Shown: positions 1 through 11,037, counted from the stretch's first letter. The stretch: DNA of 64,000 bases from an uncultured Verrucomicrobiae bacterium (GCA_963782115.1 CAWAIK010000003.1:480001-544000), one strand, 5' to 3'. A program made the numbers and translations. Notes: generated by a model from the sequence alone, not told the origin.

Positions 1-1
1 G

Positions 2-877
2 GTGCTGAATTCTGTCGTCTCGGGTACACAGGTCACCCAGGTTCGTGACGGCATCTACCTGGTCGACGTCATTGCGCGCGCGACCGATGAGCAACGCGTT
101 TCGCTCTCGACGCTACGCACCGTGCAGGTTCCGCTGCCAAGCGGACGAACCGTTCCGCTCAGCCAACTCGCAACCTTCGATTTTCAGCAGGAATATCCGC
201 TGATCTGGCGTCGCGATCGCGTCCCGACGTTGACAGTGCAAGCGGAAGTCGGCCCCGGCGGTTTACCCGAAACCGTAGTCGCTGCTCTCGCCCCGTCGGT
301 CAAAAAATTGACTTCAAGCCTGCCATCGCCCTATCACATCTCGGTGGGAGGCGTGGTGGAGGAAAGCGCGCAATCCCAAGCTTCCGTTTTCGCCGTTGTA
401 CCGGTGACACTTTTTATCATGGCCACCTTACTCATGATACAATTGCAGAGTTTCAATCGTGTCTTTCTTGTGCTGAGCGTTGTACCGATGGGTCTGATCG
501 GCGTGGTTGGTGCGCTCCTTCTATTCAACAAGGCGCTAGGTTTTGTGGCCATTCTCGGCGTTCTTTCGCTGACCGGCATGATCGCTCGAAATGGCGTAAT
601 CTTAATTGAGCAGGTCGAGGCTGAACGGCAACAAGGCAAGGAATCCTGGAACGCGGTCATCGATGCAGCCGTTTCACGCTTCCGTCCAATTATGCTTACG
701 GCGATCTCTACGGTCCTCGGCTTGATCCCCATCGCGTCGACCATATTCTGGGGCCCGATGGCTTTTGCGATCATGGGCGGTTTACTGGTCGCAACCGTCC
801 TCACGCTACTGTTTCTGCCCGCTTTGTACGTAGCCTGGTTCCGGGTCAAGGAACCTTCCTCTCAGAATTCTAGCTGA
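2..877 (+). CDS. RND efflux permease (AcrB/CusA family), C-terminal part, truncated by window edge
   Basis: RFRPIMLTAISTVLGLIP and MIARNGVILIE motifs; several TM helices. Confidence 0.9.
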   Translation: MLNSVVSGTQVTQVRDGIYLVDVIARATDEQRVSLSTLRTVQVPLPSGRTVPLSQLATFDFQQEYPLIWRRDRVPTLTVQAEVGPGGLPETVVAALAPSVKKLTSSLPSPYHISVGGVVEESAQSQASVFAVVPVTLFIMATLLMIQLQSFNRVFLVLSVVPMGLIGVVGALLLFNKALGFVAILGVLSLTGMIARNGVILIEQVEAERQQGKESWNAVIDAAVSRFRPIMLTAISTVLGLIPIASTIFWGPMAFAIMGGLLVATVLTLLFLPALYVAWFRVKEPSSQNSS

Positions 878-923
878 ATCTACCTTGCGGCTTCTGGATG
901 CGCTCCTGCGGATGCTGCTGTAC

Positions 924-2042
924 TCACGGACTGAAGATCAAGATAATGTAGACAAGGAAGACGACCAGGTGCACCGTCCCCTCGAGAACGGTTGTACGCG
1001 GTCCGGAGAAAGTGAGCGTGCTGAGCACGAGGGTGAGAGCGAGAAGGGTCACGCCGGTCGGGCCAAGACCCAGGACCATGGTTTTGCCTGTTGCGAGACC
1101 CAGGCCGAGAATCGCTGGCACGGTGAGGCCAATGGTCGACGCCGACGACCCGAGACAGAGGTTAATGGATCGCTGCAGCTGATTGTCAAGCGCCGCCCGC
1201 AGTGCCGCGATCGCCTCCGGCGTAAAGACGATGAGGGCGATGAGCACCCCGCCCAATGCAGGAGGAGCCCCGAGCACGACAATGCCATGATCAATCAACT
1301 TGGCGAGTTGCTTGGCCAAAAGCACGATGGGTAACATCGTGATGACGAGCAACAGAGTGTGGCCCGCGATCGCGCGGCCTGCTGAGGCATGCCTCTCGTG
1401 TCGTGTGCTTGGGGCGACGGCCGCCACTGCGTTTGGGTGGGACTCGACAAAAAAGCCCCGGTGGCGCCCGGTCTGGATCACTAAGAAGATGCCATAGAGC
1501 ACTATCGTAAACACGGAGAAAAAGGCCGATTGCGTGGTTGTTAGGCTGCCGACCGGCTCTGCCTGCGTGAAGTTTGGCAAGATAAGCGCAATCACGGATA
1601 GCGGAATGATTACCGCGAGGTAGGCAACGGCGCCCTGTAAATTGTACGCCTGCTCGTGGTGACGCAACCCGCCCAAGAGCAGAGCCAGACCGACGACGCC
1701 GTTCAGCACAATCATTAGTAGGGCGAACATCGTATCGCGCCCTAGCGTCGACACGGTCTCGCTGTTAAGCACCACCGCAGCGATCAGCACGACTTCGACT
1801 ATTACGATTGAGAGTGTGAGAACGAGCGTGCCGAGGGGCTCACCGAGTATTTCGGCAAGGTGATCTGCTTCTTCGACGACCCCGGATGCGCACCACAGAA
1901 TAGCAGCAAAAAGCCAGACAAAAAGCCCGGCAGCACGTGGGATAGAGCTGAGATCAGCAAGCCACGAGTCACCGGAAAAGAGGAACAACGCCACCGTTGT
2001 CCATGCAATGGCAAGACGTCCGATAAGAGTCATCCTTCTCAC
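924..2042 (-). CDS. chaA: Ca2+/H+ antiporter (ChaA/CaCA family)
   Basis: GEPLGTLVLTLSIVIVE and TPEAIAALRAA...NQLQRSINLCLGS repeats; about 10 TM segments. Confidence 0.85.
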   Translation of the reverse strand: MRRMTLIGRLAIAWTTVALFLFSGDSWLADLSSIPRAAGLFVWLFAAILWCASGVVEEADHLAEILGEPLGTLVLTLSIVIVEVVLIAAVVLNSETVSTLGRDTMFALLMIVLNGVVGLALLLGGLRHHEQAYNLQGAVAYLAVIIPLSVIALILPNFTQAEPVGSLTTTQSAFFSVFTIVLYGIFLVIQTGRHRGFFVESHPNAVAAVAPSTRHERHASAGRAIAGHTLLLVITMLPIVLLAKQLAKLIDHGIVVLGAPPALGGVLIALIVFTPEAIAALRAALDNQLQRSINLCLGSSASTIGLTVPAILGLGLATGKTMVLGLGPTGVTLLALTLVLSTLTFSGPRTTVLEGTVHLVVFLVYIILIFSP

Positions 2043-2249
2043 TTAGCTGCCCGCTTGGAAAGTTTGGGCGCAAAAACGGCAAGTTCGGAGTCCGCCATTG
2101 CCCTCAGAATCTACACTAAAGGGTCCCCTTTTAGCAGCGACAAAATGTGCGGTAATCGTTAGGTCAGGCTAAATTCTCTCCCCAATCCAAACTCATTCAA
2201 TTGAGGCGACCGGCATCGACCACCCTTGTTCTGCTTAGGACCGCCGGGC

Positions 2250-4962
2250 TTAACGTTCCATTTCCGTCGCCCGAACTATTTGCGCTTGGCGCGTCGCCCA
2301 AAGATTGGGCAACGTTCGATCTCTGGATTGGAGCATCGAGCTGGGCACGGCTTGGAGAAGCTCCCACACTGACTTCCGCTCCCCAGGCTGCATAACCGAT
2401 TGACGCAACGCTGTCTTGTCGCGCGTATAGACATGCATCGCGGCGCGAGCGCGCGACAGGCTCACGTACCAGCCTTTGGCGTCAGCGCCGTCCGGCAAGG
2501 CAACCACCTGATCGACCGTACGGCATTGGCTTGCATGTGAGGTTATGCAGACGCCTTGATCGATGCGCGCACCGTCACGGCGCATTCGCCGGCCATCTTG
2601 CAGGACAAGCTCCGTATTGGTGATTTCCCGCATCGGCCAGGTGAAGCCGGAGCAAGCCGAACGCTGGGCCGGGGAGGATCCGCGGTTCATTCGTACCTGG
2701 GCAACATCGTTGTTCTTGAACACGTTTTTCCCTTCCCTGAATCCTGCCGTAACTCGAATCTGATCTCCCACGCTGACCTGCATCGTTGAGGAAACGAACA
2801 CGTCCCACTTACCCTTGGCAGTCGGCTTGAACTGACGGACCTTCCCATTGCTCTCCAGCGTCACGGTCTCGCAATTCGTTTCTCTCACGGTCCACTTCTC
2901 GCCAGGCCGAAACCCTCCCGCGGTCCGGCTGTGGAATGCTACTATCCGGCCAGGCGCATAATGTAAGAGATCCCGGCACGCTTCGGACCCGAGATCCATG
3001 CGGCGCAGAACGGTGACCGCGTGATCCTCCGCGCCTATTGCGCCTTGCGCCTTGAGTTTTTGGCGTACAAGGGCAGCGACTTTGCGCGCCTCCTCGTGGC
3101 GAGGGGAAATCATCAGCGACGTTTTGCCCGCCCGGAGTGCCTCGAGGTGCTGCTCGACAGCTCTTTCACGCAATGCTGCGTCATCGACGACCTCTTTGAT
3201 GACTCCAAAGTGCTCCAGCTTCTCCCACCCGGCCTGGAGTCGGTCTGCTTTCAGATCCTCGATCGCCGCTTTGAGTGCCGGCACCTTTTGCCTCTGCGTC
3301 TGAAGTAACTCGACATACCGGACGTTGGCAGACTGTTCGAGAATGCGCAGCGCATCCCCGCGTTCGACTGATCGGTGCTGAGCACTATCGCCGATCAGGA
3401 GCACCCTGGAATCATTCTCGCGCGCATGTTTCACGAGCCACAGCATTTGCGGTACGCTCAACATCGATGCCTCGTCAATTACAAGCACGTCGGCGCGTTC
3501 CGGCCTGAGTTGGAATCCTTGAAACGTTCGCGCTTGGAATCCGGATTTGCGTAAGTCCTTTACGCTGGCGTCCGTCGGAGAAAGGATGGCGACACTCTGG
3601 CCCACAGAGACCGCTCGCTCCACCTGCTTAAGCAGATGCGATTTGCCGGCTCCAGCAATCCCGGAAATATCCATGACCAGGTCCGTTGATGCCAGGATGT
3701 GCTTCAGCGCCTTGCGCTGCTCGTCGGTGAGGCCCCCTAAATCCAATCCCAAATCTCGTCCTATCGGTTCGCAGGTATCCCATCCGCCCCGCACCAGATC
3801 CAGGAGCTGTTCTTCCTCAAATTTCGCCTGCTCAGTGGTGATATGCGAACCACCGAGCTGGATGAACCGGTCGCCTTTGACGTACTGTTCAACTTTTCGA
3901 GGAGACAATTTACCGCAGGCCCGTTTCAGAATTTCCGCCATTAGCACCCGGTCGCGTGCAACAGAATGCCTGGCGAAGTAGGGCTTCTACCGCGAGCTCG
4001 CGCGGATCCATCGGCAGCTCGAGTTGAGGCCCCTCTTTTGCTCCTGCTGGCGTCACCGTTTCCCACCGCTGCGCTCCCATTTGCTGACGCCAATTCTCAA
4101 CCTCGGCCTTGCCGGAGAACAGTTTGGTCGTCTTGCTATCACGCTCCTGTTGCGCGATCAATTTCTCTTCTTCTGGCGTCGATCCTCGCTCTTCCGACAG
4201 AGTGTCGATCAGCTCGTGTCTCTTGGAGAATAATTCGATCTCCCGATCTGTGATACACGCCATCTTCCACTGATGCCAACCCCTATCCGTTCGCCGGAGC
4301 TTGTACCCGGACTCCATCAATCTCTGGGCAAGCAGCGTATGAAAATATTCCTGGTAATAGCCTTTATCGGCTATGAGTCCCCTGAATTGGCCGGCTTTCC
4401 ATCGCTCTTCGATCGGATCAAATGTGGCGTTGTGAAGGAAACAGTGGACGTGCCAGTGTGGATCGCTCAGGCCATTAATCGGTCGGGAATCCCGATGGAA
4501 GAACTTCGAATACAGAAGTTCTCCCGTTCTACGATCCTCGTATCGCCCTCCCTTCCGGACCTTGCACTGCATCTCGGATTCCATTGCGCACATCGTTTCA
4601 TCCACTGCCGACCTTGCGACATTCTCAACCCCCTGGTCGCCAGTGATGGCAAGATAGATGCTGAGCGACTTCGGCACCCCGAACACCAGCCCGTAGCCAA
4701 CCTACCGATTGCTGACCGTCTCCCCGTCTCCCTGTCGACTTGTATTCATCCGGGCCGTTAGCCGTTTACCTGTTGTCGGATTTTCGTTTCGCAATAACGC
4801 TACGAACTGCGAACGTTGTATTGGGCCGCGCAGTCCTAACCGCTCCGCTCCGCGCCCCGCCCATATCCCGGGTTCCTTCATCAAGTAATCGCTCACCGCC
4901 AATTCGCGATCAAAGTACCGCTCCACACCCTCAGCGTTCCGGTTAACCTCAATGTTTAGCAT
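2250..4962 (-). pseudogene. MobF (TrwC-like) relaxase-helicase, inactivated
   Basis: SDY, PKSLS, DPHWHVH (3H), GIAGAGKS and TSHASQ motifs; in-frame TAG at 4702-4704 (SNR*VGY); +1 frameshift near 3980; 63-bp insertion at 2631-2693. Confidence 0.9.
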
Positions 4963-5096
4963 ACTATCTCGTCACACTAACTGGAGGAGGTAAACGCTTG
5001 CACCCTTACGCTTCGCTTAACCTCCTGCGACTCCCTCCCGCCGCTTCGCGTCGACCTCCCTTCAAGGGAGGTTCGGAAGGTAACTGCGGCTGACTG

Positions 5097-5186
5097 TTCA
5101 ACGCGTTTCAACACTGTTAGTCTCTCACTTGTTGAATCGTGTTGAAGGTTGTTGAATCGTATTGAAAGTTGTTGAGAGGCGTTGAA
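5097..5186. repeat. Phased TTCAAC/GTTGAA array upstream of relaxase 1 (putative oriT or accessory-protein binding region)
   Basis: GTTGAA-like hexamers at 5131, 5141, 5151, 5161, 5171, 5181; two inverted copies at 5097 and 5107. Confidence 0.8.
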
Positions 5187-5367
5187 CACCGAGAAGAGGT
5201 AACGGTCGCTCCAGGGCCGCGACGGGCCCATTAATTATTATTGCTAGCAGCATCGCATATATAGGAATGATTTCGCTAAGTGGCCTGAATGGACAGTTCT
5301 CGCGAGTCGGACGGTTGATCGCAGACACTCCTCATTCCTTGCCAACTGCTAGGCTTAAATCGATTTC

Positions 5368-5601
5368 CTATTGGCTTTCCATGAATAAATCAATCGACTC
5401 CCGATCTACGAGACGAACTCCGCGCAAGGCGTTATCGCGCGACTTCAAGCAAATCGATTTAATTCACCTCTGCCCGAGCAACTCGTAAAGCCGGGAACGA
5501 GAGAGGCCGGAGTACTTTACTGCGCTGGGCATCCTGAGCCAGCGTGGATTTAACGTCACAGGACCAGCGTGTGTATCCTGCTGGATTTCTGTAGTTAGCA
5601 T
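5368..5601 (-). pseudogene. AlpA/excisionase-like HTH protein with internal TGA (absent from ORF track)
   Basis: Manual translation MLTTEIQQDTHAGPVTLNPRWLRMPSAVKYSGLSRSRLYELLGQR*IKSICLKSRDNALRGVRLVDRESIDLFMESQ; stop at 5464-5466. Confidence 0.8.
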
Positions 5602-5866
5602 GAACCTAACGTAGCAAATTCGTTAGACTCCATTTTTTTCAAAATTTTTGTCTGTAGTGAGCCTTTATGCACCGTACTGTGCCTTTATGTGCGGGCCAAT
5701 CCGGCCAGAATGGAAGGAATGGGTGTCAAATTAAATATATAAAATTAATTTGCCGCCCTCGCACCGTATCGCCAGGCGTTTAGCTTCACGACCAGCCGCC
5801 TGGGTATTTTGTTCCGCGCTGCGACGGCGCTGGCGTGCGACGGTTTCTGCCAAATTTATCCAACAA

Positions 5867-6160
5867 CTAGGTCGGCGGCGCTCCTCGTGCGCCGTGCCAG
5901 AACCGCTTAATCACAATCACACCTGCGGCATTGTCTGGTTGATAGAAAATCAGAATGGGATCTTCCACCAGCACGCGATCCTTTTCCGTTCCTTGAACCT
6001 TTTTGCCGAGCAACGGAAACTTTTTCAGCAGTTCTGCTTTCTCGACCAGAGCAAAACCAAAACGCTCAGCAGCAACTGGATTGTCGCGGGCGATATACGC
6101 GACGATCTCCCGCAGATCTCGTGCTGCCTGCGACGTTAATCGAAGCTGGAATTCGCCCAT
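5867..6160 (-). CDS. RelE/ParE family toxin
   Basis: AARDLREIVAYIARDNPVAAERF ... IFY ... RFWHGAR pattern. Confidence 0.85.
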   Translation of the reverse strand: MGEFQLRLTSQAARDLREIVAYIARDNPVAAERFGFALVEKAELLKKFPLLGKKVQGTEKDRVLVEDPILIFYQPDNAAGVIVIKRFWHGARGAPPT

Positions 6161-6363
6161 CGATGGACCCGTTCCTTAATCTCTTCCGCCGTGTACATGC
6201 GCTCCGTCTGAGCAGAACGAGTGCCTTCCTCGATTGCATCAAGCATCTCCGGAGTCGGTTCGAAGTTTGGTTCTCCGTCCAATCTCTCAATCTGTTGATA
6301 GATCGTTCGGCGTTCTTCTGGCGTCAGCTTCGGCAATTCCTCGATAATCTCGGCTAAACTCAT
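6136..6363 (-). CDS. Cognate antitoxin
   Basis: 75-aa acidic ORF overlapping the toxin start. Confidence 0.75.
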   Translation of the reverse strand: MSLAEIIEELPKLTPEERRTIYQQIERLDGEPNFEPTPEMLDAIEEGTRSAQTERMYTAEEIKERVHRWANSSFD

Positions 6364-6422
6364 TTGTGCACTGAATATAGGCTGGTTTGTGTCTTTGGCT
6401 ACGTGTATGGCGCGCTCGTTGG

Positions 6423-7670
6423 TTATGAGTCACGATCGTCAAATTCCTGACGACCGCGGGCAGGGAGTCGCGGAATCGCCGAAACGGCTTGCCGGATCGT
6501 TTCGAGTTCATGATGGGTATAAACTGCGTGCATTTCTTCGCTGGCGTGGCCGCTCAACCTGCGCCGCAATTCGCTGGAAACGCCTGAATTAGCGAGCGCT
6601 GAAATGAAACTGTGCCTCAAGGAGTGAAAGCTGCGGAGTGAAAACGAGCGGCCTTTTGTTCCAGAGCTTAGACGGGCAATGCCCGCGTCGACTTCAGCCT
6701 GCTCCATGATGCGCCTGAAGGCCATGGAGAGTCCGCTTTGACCACCACCGCTCTTGCCGGCCAGTGAATGAAAGAGGAAAGCCTGGGGATCGTCGGAGGT
6801 ATTGCGAGAAAGCAAATGCTCTTCTAGTTCAGGATGAATGGCGACTGTGATGAGTTGACCAGTCTTTCCGGCCCTGAAAGTGATAAGGCGCTTCTCCAGA
6901 TCAACATTACCCCATCGCAGGTTACAAACGTCTTTGAGCCTGGCACCGGTGAAATAGCCAACGAGAATTGCACCGCGCCAATCAGGATTTGCTTTCTCCA
7001 GCAGTTTTGAAATTTCTTCAGCCGTAAAAATGCCTCTCTCGATCCGCGTCGATTTCAGTGGGGGCAGACTGGCCAAAGGATTTGAATCGAGCAAGGCAAG
7101 CTTCACCGCGAGAGCAAAAGGCGAAGAAAGTATTTTGCGAACAAGTTGATCGACGGTCTGCGGCGTGCGCCCCTCCGCCAGCAATTGATTTCGGAATTCC
7201 AAGAAATCCTTTAGACCTAAGGAACCGAGCTTTGCGTGACGGCGCCCGCCCAGCGATCGCAGGAAAGCATCTTTGACCTGGACGTATTTGAGCATGGTTC
7301 GTTCGCTGATTGCGCCTCTGCGGGTCTCGATCCATTGTTCGAGCCACTCCGCGACGCTGGGCTGAATGAGGCGACGCCCTTCAACCCGCTCAAGAGTCTC
7401 GGATAGGATTCGTCTCAAATTGGCCTCGGTAACCTCTCCCTGACGCTCCAGTTGCATCGATCGTTCAATGGCCTGACAGACCTGCTCGGCTTTAAGGCGC
7501 AAATCACGAGCGGTCACCCGACCGCCGTCAGGCTTAAGGTCTCCGGCCAAGGGTTTCACACGAATCTTCGTCGTGCGCCAGATCCGCTTCAGCAGGCCGC
7601 CCGTCGAGGAGGAGCAGACACAAATCCAGTACGGCGAACGTCCACTTGGGTCTTGAATGAGACTGGCCAT
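6423..7670 (-). CDS. Tyrosine recombinase/integrase, apparently intact
   Basis: Catalytic residues in TGARLKD, GKTG, FHSLRHS, SGH and VYTH; adjacent to a tRNA fragment. Confidence 0.93.
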   Translation of the reverse strand: MASLIQDPSGRSPYWICVCSSSTGGLLKRIWRTTKIRVKPLAGDLKPDGGRVTARDLRLKAEQVCQAIERSMQLERQGEVTEANLRRILSETLERVEGRRLIQPSVAEWLEQWIETRRGAISERTMLKYVQVKDAFLRSLGGRRHAKLGSLGLKDFLEFRNQLLAEGRTPQTVDQLVRKILSSPFALAVKLALLDSNPLASLPPLKSTRIERGIFTAEEISKLLEKANPDWRGAILVGYFTGARLKDVCNLRWGNVDLEKRLITFRAGKTGQLITVAIHPELEEHLLSRNTSDDPQAFLFHSLAGKSGGGQSGLSMAFRRIMEQAEVDAGIARLSSGTKGRSFSLRSFHSLRHSFISALANSGVSSELRRRLSGHASEEMHAVYTHHELETIRQAVSAIPRLPARGRQEFDDRDS

Positions 7671-7783
7671 GTCTTGGCTGGTTTTTCCTAACAAATAATC
7701 CTAACATCCTGCACTGTCCAGCGACATTCGCTGTCGTCTATCTCCCTAGGAATCAGGCTAATACAGAGGCTCTGGATCTAAAT

Positions 7784-7811
7784 GCGAGTTCGATTCTCGT
7801 TGCCCGCTCCA
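7784..7811 (+). other. att site: 3' fragment of tRNA-Gly (T-arm, acceptor strand, CCA)
   Basis: GCGAGTTCGATTCTCGTTGCCCGCTCCA: T stem GCGAG/CTCGT with TTCGATT loop, ending CCGCTCCA; no 5' half present. Confidence 0.8.
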
Positions 7812-8218
7812 AAACTCTGGATATCAGTGACTTACGCGACAAACAAGGTTTGAACAAATGGTCAGTCAGACCATTTTGTCAGAACAAGGATTTAATTGTT
7901 CCCTAGCGTTCACTATCATATTGAAATAGGAGGCCGCCTTTTCGGGGCGATGGCGGAACAGTCGCCCAGGGTTTAAATATGTGCTTAATGGGGGCCTTTG
8001 CTCATGCCCAAGATGCCAGAACAAGGACGAAATTCTGGATGCAGCCTTCTGGCTGGACAGTTGACAGATAATGCGGTAGTGTTCATGCGAACATTATTAT
8101 TGCCTCCCAGCCCAAACAGGTATTTCTCGCCAAAAGCGACGGTGTTATGTTTAAATCCACCGCTGCGATGTGCGAGGGGTTGATGTGCTAACCTGAAAAT
8201 GGATTAATCACTAATATC

Positions 8219-8938
8219 ATGGTCACGGAATTCTCTTCGCGCTTAAGTAAAGGATCGCAGGCGTCTCCTCTCGGGAAAGGAATTTACACCCTCCCAGAGG
8301 CTGCGCGCCTCAGCAAGGTGTCGTCGCGACGAATTCGTTATTGGCTGAGGCAGATAGAATCCGAGCAAGCCAAAGAAGAGGGGCAACCTGTCCTTTGGCA
8401 AGGCCAGCATGAACCAATAGACGACAAAATGGCCTTGGGTTTCCTCGATCTTCAAGAAGTCAGGTTTGTGGAGGCTTTTTTGAAGGCTGGCGTTAGCTGG
8501 CGACTCCTCCGTCTTGCTCACAGTGTCGCTCGTGATCGATACGAGACCGAGCATCCATTCTGCACTCGGCGCTTCGCTACTGACGGGAAACATATTATAG
8601 AATTTCTCGCCGTAGAAGGTTTGCTCGTAGAGTGCGAAGAAATTGCGAAGAGCCAAAAGGTTTTTCCGGAAGTGGTGAGACCGTTTTTCAAGGACCTCGA
8701 ATTCTCTGCGGATGATCGGCTTTTGCGTTGGTGGCCGTTGGGCATGAAACGGGGTGTTGTTCTCGATCCAGATCGGCAGTTTGGTCAACCTATTGTGACG
8801 CAGTATGGCGTTGCTACCGAAGTGCTTTATTTGGCCGTGAAAAGTGGAGACTCAGAGGAAGCCGTCGCTGCATGGTTTGAGGTCGATCGCGAAGCTATTC
8901 GCGACGCCATAGAATTTGAAGAACGCCTCGCTGCGTGA
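8219..8938 (+). CDS. HTH + DUF433 antitoxin (VapB45-like)
   Basis: N-terminal GIYTLPEAARL; C-terminal LDPDRQFGQPIV...GVATEVL. Confidence 0.85.
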   Translation: MVTEFSSRLSKGSQASPLGKGIYTLPEAARLSKVSSRRIRYWLRQIESEQAKEEGQPVLWQGQHEPIDDKMALGFLDLQEVRFVEAFLKAGVSWRLLRLAHSVARDRYETEHPFCTRRFATDGKHIIEFLAVEGLLVECEEIAKSQKVFPEVVRPFFKDLEFSADDRLLRWWPLGMKRGVVLDPDRQFGQPIVTQYGVATEVLYLAVKSGDSEEAVAAWFEVDREAIRDAIEFEERLAA

Positions 8939-9324
8939 GGTTGTTTTTAGACAATAACCTTTCACCGAAGATTGCTCGCGCTTTAGATTGTTTAACGCAG
9001 CCGAAGCACAGCGTCCGGCATCTTAGGGATCTCTTTGCGCCAGAAACTGCGGACGTGACGTGGATGCAAGAACTAGCGAGGCAGGGAAATTGGATCATTC
9101 TTTCGGCGGATGTCGCAATTAGCCGTAATCCTCACGAGGTCCGGGCATGGAAAGAGGCTGGTCACCCAATATTTTTTCTAAAGGATGCATGGCGTCACCA
9201 ACCTCTCTGGGAGCAAGCTTCTCGAATTTGCCATCTCTTTCCGTCCATCATCGAGTACGCCGAAAGGGACAAGCCGGGCGATGCGTTCTTTGTTCCGTTC
9301 AAGGGCCAAATTCAGGGTCCGTAG
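8935..9324 (+). CDS. PIN-like toxin (VapC45-like)
   Basis: FLDNNLS, DVTWM and WIILSAD motifs; GTGA overlap with the antitoxin. Confidence 0.85.
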   Translation: MRLFLDNNLSPKIARALDCLTQPKHSVRHLRDLFAPETADVTWMQELARQGNWIILSADVAISRNPHEVRAWKEAGHPIFFLKDAWRHQPLWEQASRICHLFPSIIEYAERDKPGDAFFVPFKGQIQGP

Positions 9325-9709
9325 AAGCGTTGTCGCCTCGAGTCTCTTCTCATCGAGCGGCAGCGTGAGCTGAAACGTTCGCATCTATGTTCCTAGTTGA
9401 GCATTTGAGGATTCTCCGGGATGAATTTATAGGGCATTCGACTGCGGACATGAACGCCATTTCACGCTTGCATCAGCTCGCGACGAATTGCGCGACCGCC
9501 GATCAATTGCCCAGATGTCTCGCAATCGCAGTAGAGATAGACCAAGAAAAAAGTTCAAAATTTCATTTGACCGAAATTCGTGTCCACTTTGTGAAATTTC
9601 GTGAAAAATGCACCACACACGTCGGTACACGTTGGATCACTGCTACGCACAGAGGATTTTTTTTTGGGCTGCGTGGGTGCGAAATCGGTTTTGCTTTATT
9701 GAACGCGCC

Positions 9710-9961
9710 ATGCGTTCACAATTGTTATCGGAAATAAGTCGGAGCGGTCGGCGTCGGTGGTTACAAGTCGACGAAATGCCGTTTAGTAGGGCGATCACCT
9801 ACAAGCTCATAGACGCTGGGTTAATCTTGAGCGTTGTCGTCATCTGGCCCGGAAGCAGGCGAGGTCGACGTCTGATCGAGGGTGATAGTCTGGACTCGTA
9901 TCTGGAAAGCCTAACGGCAGAACAGGCCTTGGCTGAAGTAAAACGCCATGAGGCCACATGA
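9710..9961 (+). CDS. Excisionase/AlpA-like DNA-binding protein
   Basis: RWL...FSRAITYKLI...RGRRLIEGDSLDSYLE; similar to the 5368-5601 product. Confidence 0.65.
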   Translation: MRSQLLSEISRSGRRRWLQVDEMPFSRAITYKLIDAGLILSVVVIWPGSRRGRRLIEGDSLDSYLESLTAEQALAEVKRHEAT

Positions 9962-10856
9962 AACGGAAGGCGACAGGAGGGGTTTCAAAGGCGTATGGCT
10001 CTGTGCAGCAATCTATGAGTCACAAGAACTCTCCCCAGTCGAGAAGCTGTTGCTGGCAGAGATCGACGCGTTGACGACTGACGCGACGACTGACGCTAAC
10101 GCCTGCTATGCGAGTAATGCCCACTTTTCGAATCGATTAGGCGTCACTGTAACTCGAGTCGATCAATTACTCGGGAAACTTACTCGTCTCCGTTACATCG
10201 TGCGGGTGTCCTTCGATGGTGGAGTGACCAGGTGAGTGTTGGCGCCTGAATACAGTTCAAATCCAGGTCACTCGATTGCGCTTATGAGGAATGCTCAACG
10301 ACAGATCAGGTTTGTCAAAAATAACAGAGCTGCTCTGTCCGAAAACACAGAGCAGGATTGCGATAATCGACAGGGCGGCACTGTGAAAAACAGCAGGGTT
10401 ACATATATAAAGAAAATACCAAAGGAAAATACCAATCTAGAAACGACGATGACATGTAATTCAGACTCGAATGATCAAAATGGAAGTGGTGGCGAAGCAA
10501 CAGCAGCATCGTCGTCGCGTCGCTTTCTTGATGGAGACAAGTCCTCCGGACCTCAGAGCGATCCGGCAGCCAAAAATCCAGCAGCTTTGGTCGATCAGCT
10601 GGTTCGAGAATACGGACTTAGCAAAAAGCAGCGGCAAACAGTGGAGGGGTACTCCGCATCGCTCGGGCTAGAGTATGTCCGGAGGAAACTCGAGATCGTG
10701 AAATCCCAGCCGCGTCGCAACGCTGCCGGAGCCCTACCAGTCGCGCTGCGCGATAACTGGCAGCCTTCGATCCAATTCAAAACTGGTGCGTTGGATGAGA
10801 CGACTCGTCTGGAGGCCTCGAGGGAGCTGGCTAAACGAATGGGATGGGAATGGTGA
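9948..10856 (+). pseudogene. Replication-initiator-like winged-HTH protein split by in-frame TGA at 10233-10235
   Basis: FKGVWL..LSPVEKLLLAEIDAL..CYASNAHFSNRLGV; the next ORF begins in the same frame at 10236. Confidence 0.7.
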
Positions 10857-10933
10857 CCAGCGACTTTTCGGTTATTTCGAAGAGATTGCACACCACGACT
10901 GGTATGACGCTAGATAGGTTTTGGCACATGTTA

Positions 10934-11026
10934 GTTCAACGAGTTTCAACAGAAATCAACACGTTTCAACGCGATTCAACACGATTAAACAAGACCCGAT
11001 GTTGAAAGCTCTTAAAACGTGTTGAA
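10934..11026. repeat. Phased TTCAAC array upstream of relaxase 2
   Basis: Six decamers ending TCAAC/TAAAC at 10940-10990; inverted GTTGAA at 11001 and 11021. Confidence 0.8.
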
Positions 11027-11037
11027 AAGGTGTGTGA

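Noticed and set aside
5020..5072. Hairpin ACCTCCCT-TCA-AGGGAGGT as the relaxase nic site
   Set aside because: It has no counterpart before relaxase 2 and looks more like a small inserted palindromic repeat, so it cannot be supported as nic.
7784..7811. Functional tRNA gene
   Set aside because: Only the T-arm and 3' acceptor strand are present. The same applies to the fragments at 22372 and 32739.
4702..10235. In-frame stops (TAG 4702, TGA 5464, TGA 10233) as recoding or an alternative genetic code
   Set aside because: The stop types are mixed, the TAG and the 10233 TGA are compatible with C>T changes from CAG/CGA, the relaxases also carry frameshifts, and intact genes in the window end in TGA and TAG.
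5097..11026. Repeat arrays as a CRISPR array
   Set aside because: The period is 10 bp with no unique spacers, and no cas genes are present. No CRISPR array was seen anywhere in the window.
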